A DNA stretch of 64,000 nt, taken from NCBI GenBank assembly GCA_963924565.1, contig OZ004609.1, positions 6,386,001-6,450,000 of the forward strand. Direction: 5' to 3'. Position 1 is the first letter of the stretch; each line of letters opens with the position of its first letter. The notes under the pieces are model-generated. The model was given only the letters and a program-made list of their open reading frames with translations. It ran no database searches and was not told the origin of the DNA. This stretch comes from Ascidiella aspersa. Lineage: Eukaryota. Below, piece after piece: positions 62,438-64,000 of this stretch. Made by a program: the position numbers and the translations under genes.

Positions 62438-64000
62438 CTAAGCGTGTTTATACAAATTTAGTTAAAGTATAGGCCTATCATATTTTATTCACCCCTTAAT
62501 AAAACATTTTAAGTGCAATGCCAATTACTTTTTAATCTTACCGAAGTGCCATCTTTTTGCCTATCATAGCTTTAGGCTTGAATAGCAAACTTAACAGAAA
62601 CAATGCACAAAAATATGGTAAATTTATTTTATGTGTACGCTTAAACATAATTTGAGTATTTTCAAAAAAACTAAAGCTTGGTGCTTTGTTAGCAAATTGC
62701 CAGATCCTAGTAAATAGCATTTGTTTGTTTAAGGTTTGGTTAACCACCAACAAAGTTTAGGAGGGCGCAAATATTCCACTTAGGCACTAAATGCTAATTA
62801 TCTGCAGTTGTTCCAGAGCTAGGCTTTTTTTACCACCTATGAATCAAAATTTATTGGATACCAAATACTACGTTTTGTAAAATAGCGGTAATCATCTCAA
62901 AATATGAGGCCATGTGTTATCCCAAGTTAAAGGGTTTGTTGTTTTACGGAATGCGGTGGTGTGAGAATGACTGGCTTATATCAGGCTGCCAGTTTTGCTA
63001 TACAGCGACTTAATATATTTAGTGTTAGGCCACTCCGTGTTTAAAGTTGGCGACTTTCTACTTCTTTAAGCATAATCGGCTTTTAATCGCATACCTAAAT
63101 TAGCTATTGAGCGGGCGGCAAGAACAATTTGCAGTATTGTGATCCCTAACGTAGTGTTCATAATTATTTTAAGCTGAAACTATACTTTCTTTAACCAATG
63201 TTTGTAAGTTTATAAACATTTTGTACGGCCTTATTACTTTTTTAAAAAAAGCGAATACAAGAGTGAACAAGTTAAGTTCAAAATACTTTTGTCATGGAAC
63301 ATGGCGTCAGGCTGTCGTCTTTGTGTCCGGTTGAGGCTGGTTAAGCAAGTAAGAAAAGAGCTGCTGAATTGGATTTAAAGTGATATGTTTACCCAGGGTC
63401 AATATTGACATTTCACAACACTGCTTTGAAATCGTGTCGGTATACACTGAAATAACATTTTAATCTCAGGAATTCTATTGAACTGAAAACGGACTCGTTG
63501 GGAAAGCATAAATGTCAAATAGTTCGAACGTTTATTGAGAAAAGCATTCGAAAATGTGCGCTTTACCCTTGACTCCTCATCAAAAATCGCTAATAATTAC
63601 TCCGCCACCGGTATTGCTGTCTGATGCCTCTACTAGAGTACGAGACCACATAGCACTGCTCTAAACTGGTATTTTTCACGTTTGTATCTAAGATCACCGA
63701 TCGATACGTTTTGGTCTTATATCGATTTGTTTGATTGTTACAAGTTAACCAACAACTACTGCGAAACCTTCACTTTTTCCCTGCCAATTTTGACGGCTCT
63801 CACGCTTTTGCGCTTTTTCTGACAAATGACTGCAAAGCATCAGTCAACACTAAGCCGAGTGAATTTATACTTGCTTTACCGAAATTAAAGCAATAGAAAA
63901 TGTGACCCGTCAACATGATTCATATTGTGCAATCTAACTCATTAAACCTACGGTTTAGTCATTTCCAGAAACGACTAGTGTGTTAATGTTGAGTCAGTTT

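Overview
AT-rich eukaryotic genomic DNA with GT-AG introns. Gene content and compact introns suggest an invertebrate chordate such as an ascidian; this is inference only. I reconstructed five gene models by hand from splice sites and reading-frame phase. (1) A 7-exon secreted zona pellucida (ZP)-module gene on the minus strand (26533-21386) that the ORF track captures only as disconnected fragments. (2) A divergently transcribed 6-exon Pim-family Ser/Thr kinase (33243-40071, +) with a ~320-aa Q/H/S-rich N-terminal extension. (3) A convergent IAP gene with BIR-UBA-RING (47405-42542, -). (4) A tandem IAP-like paralog whose UBA and RING exons are visible (53317-52081, -) but which has no BIR in the window and lacks the RING-dimerisation Phe. 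(5) An intronless GC-rich METTL27/WBSCR27-like methyltransferase (58282-58980, +) that may be nested antisense in an intron of gene 4. Two orphan minus-strand exons lie at 60.2 and 62.2 kb. The first ~21 kb has no recognisable coding exon, but has CpG-rich islands and a candidate minus-strand promoter with a first exon. Many non-autonomous hAT-type elements are present, several with clean 8-bp target-site duplications (TSDs), plus hairpins, a hammerhead-like motif and an E2F-like 29-bp tandem repeat. No rRNA, tRNA or CRISPR array was found.
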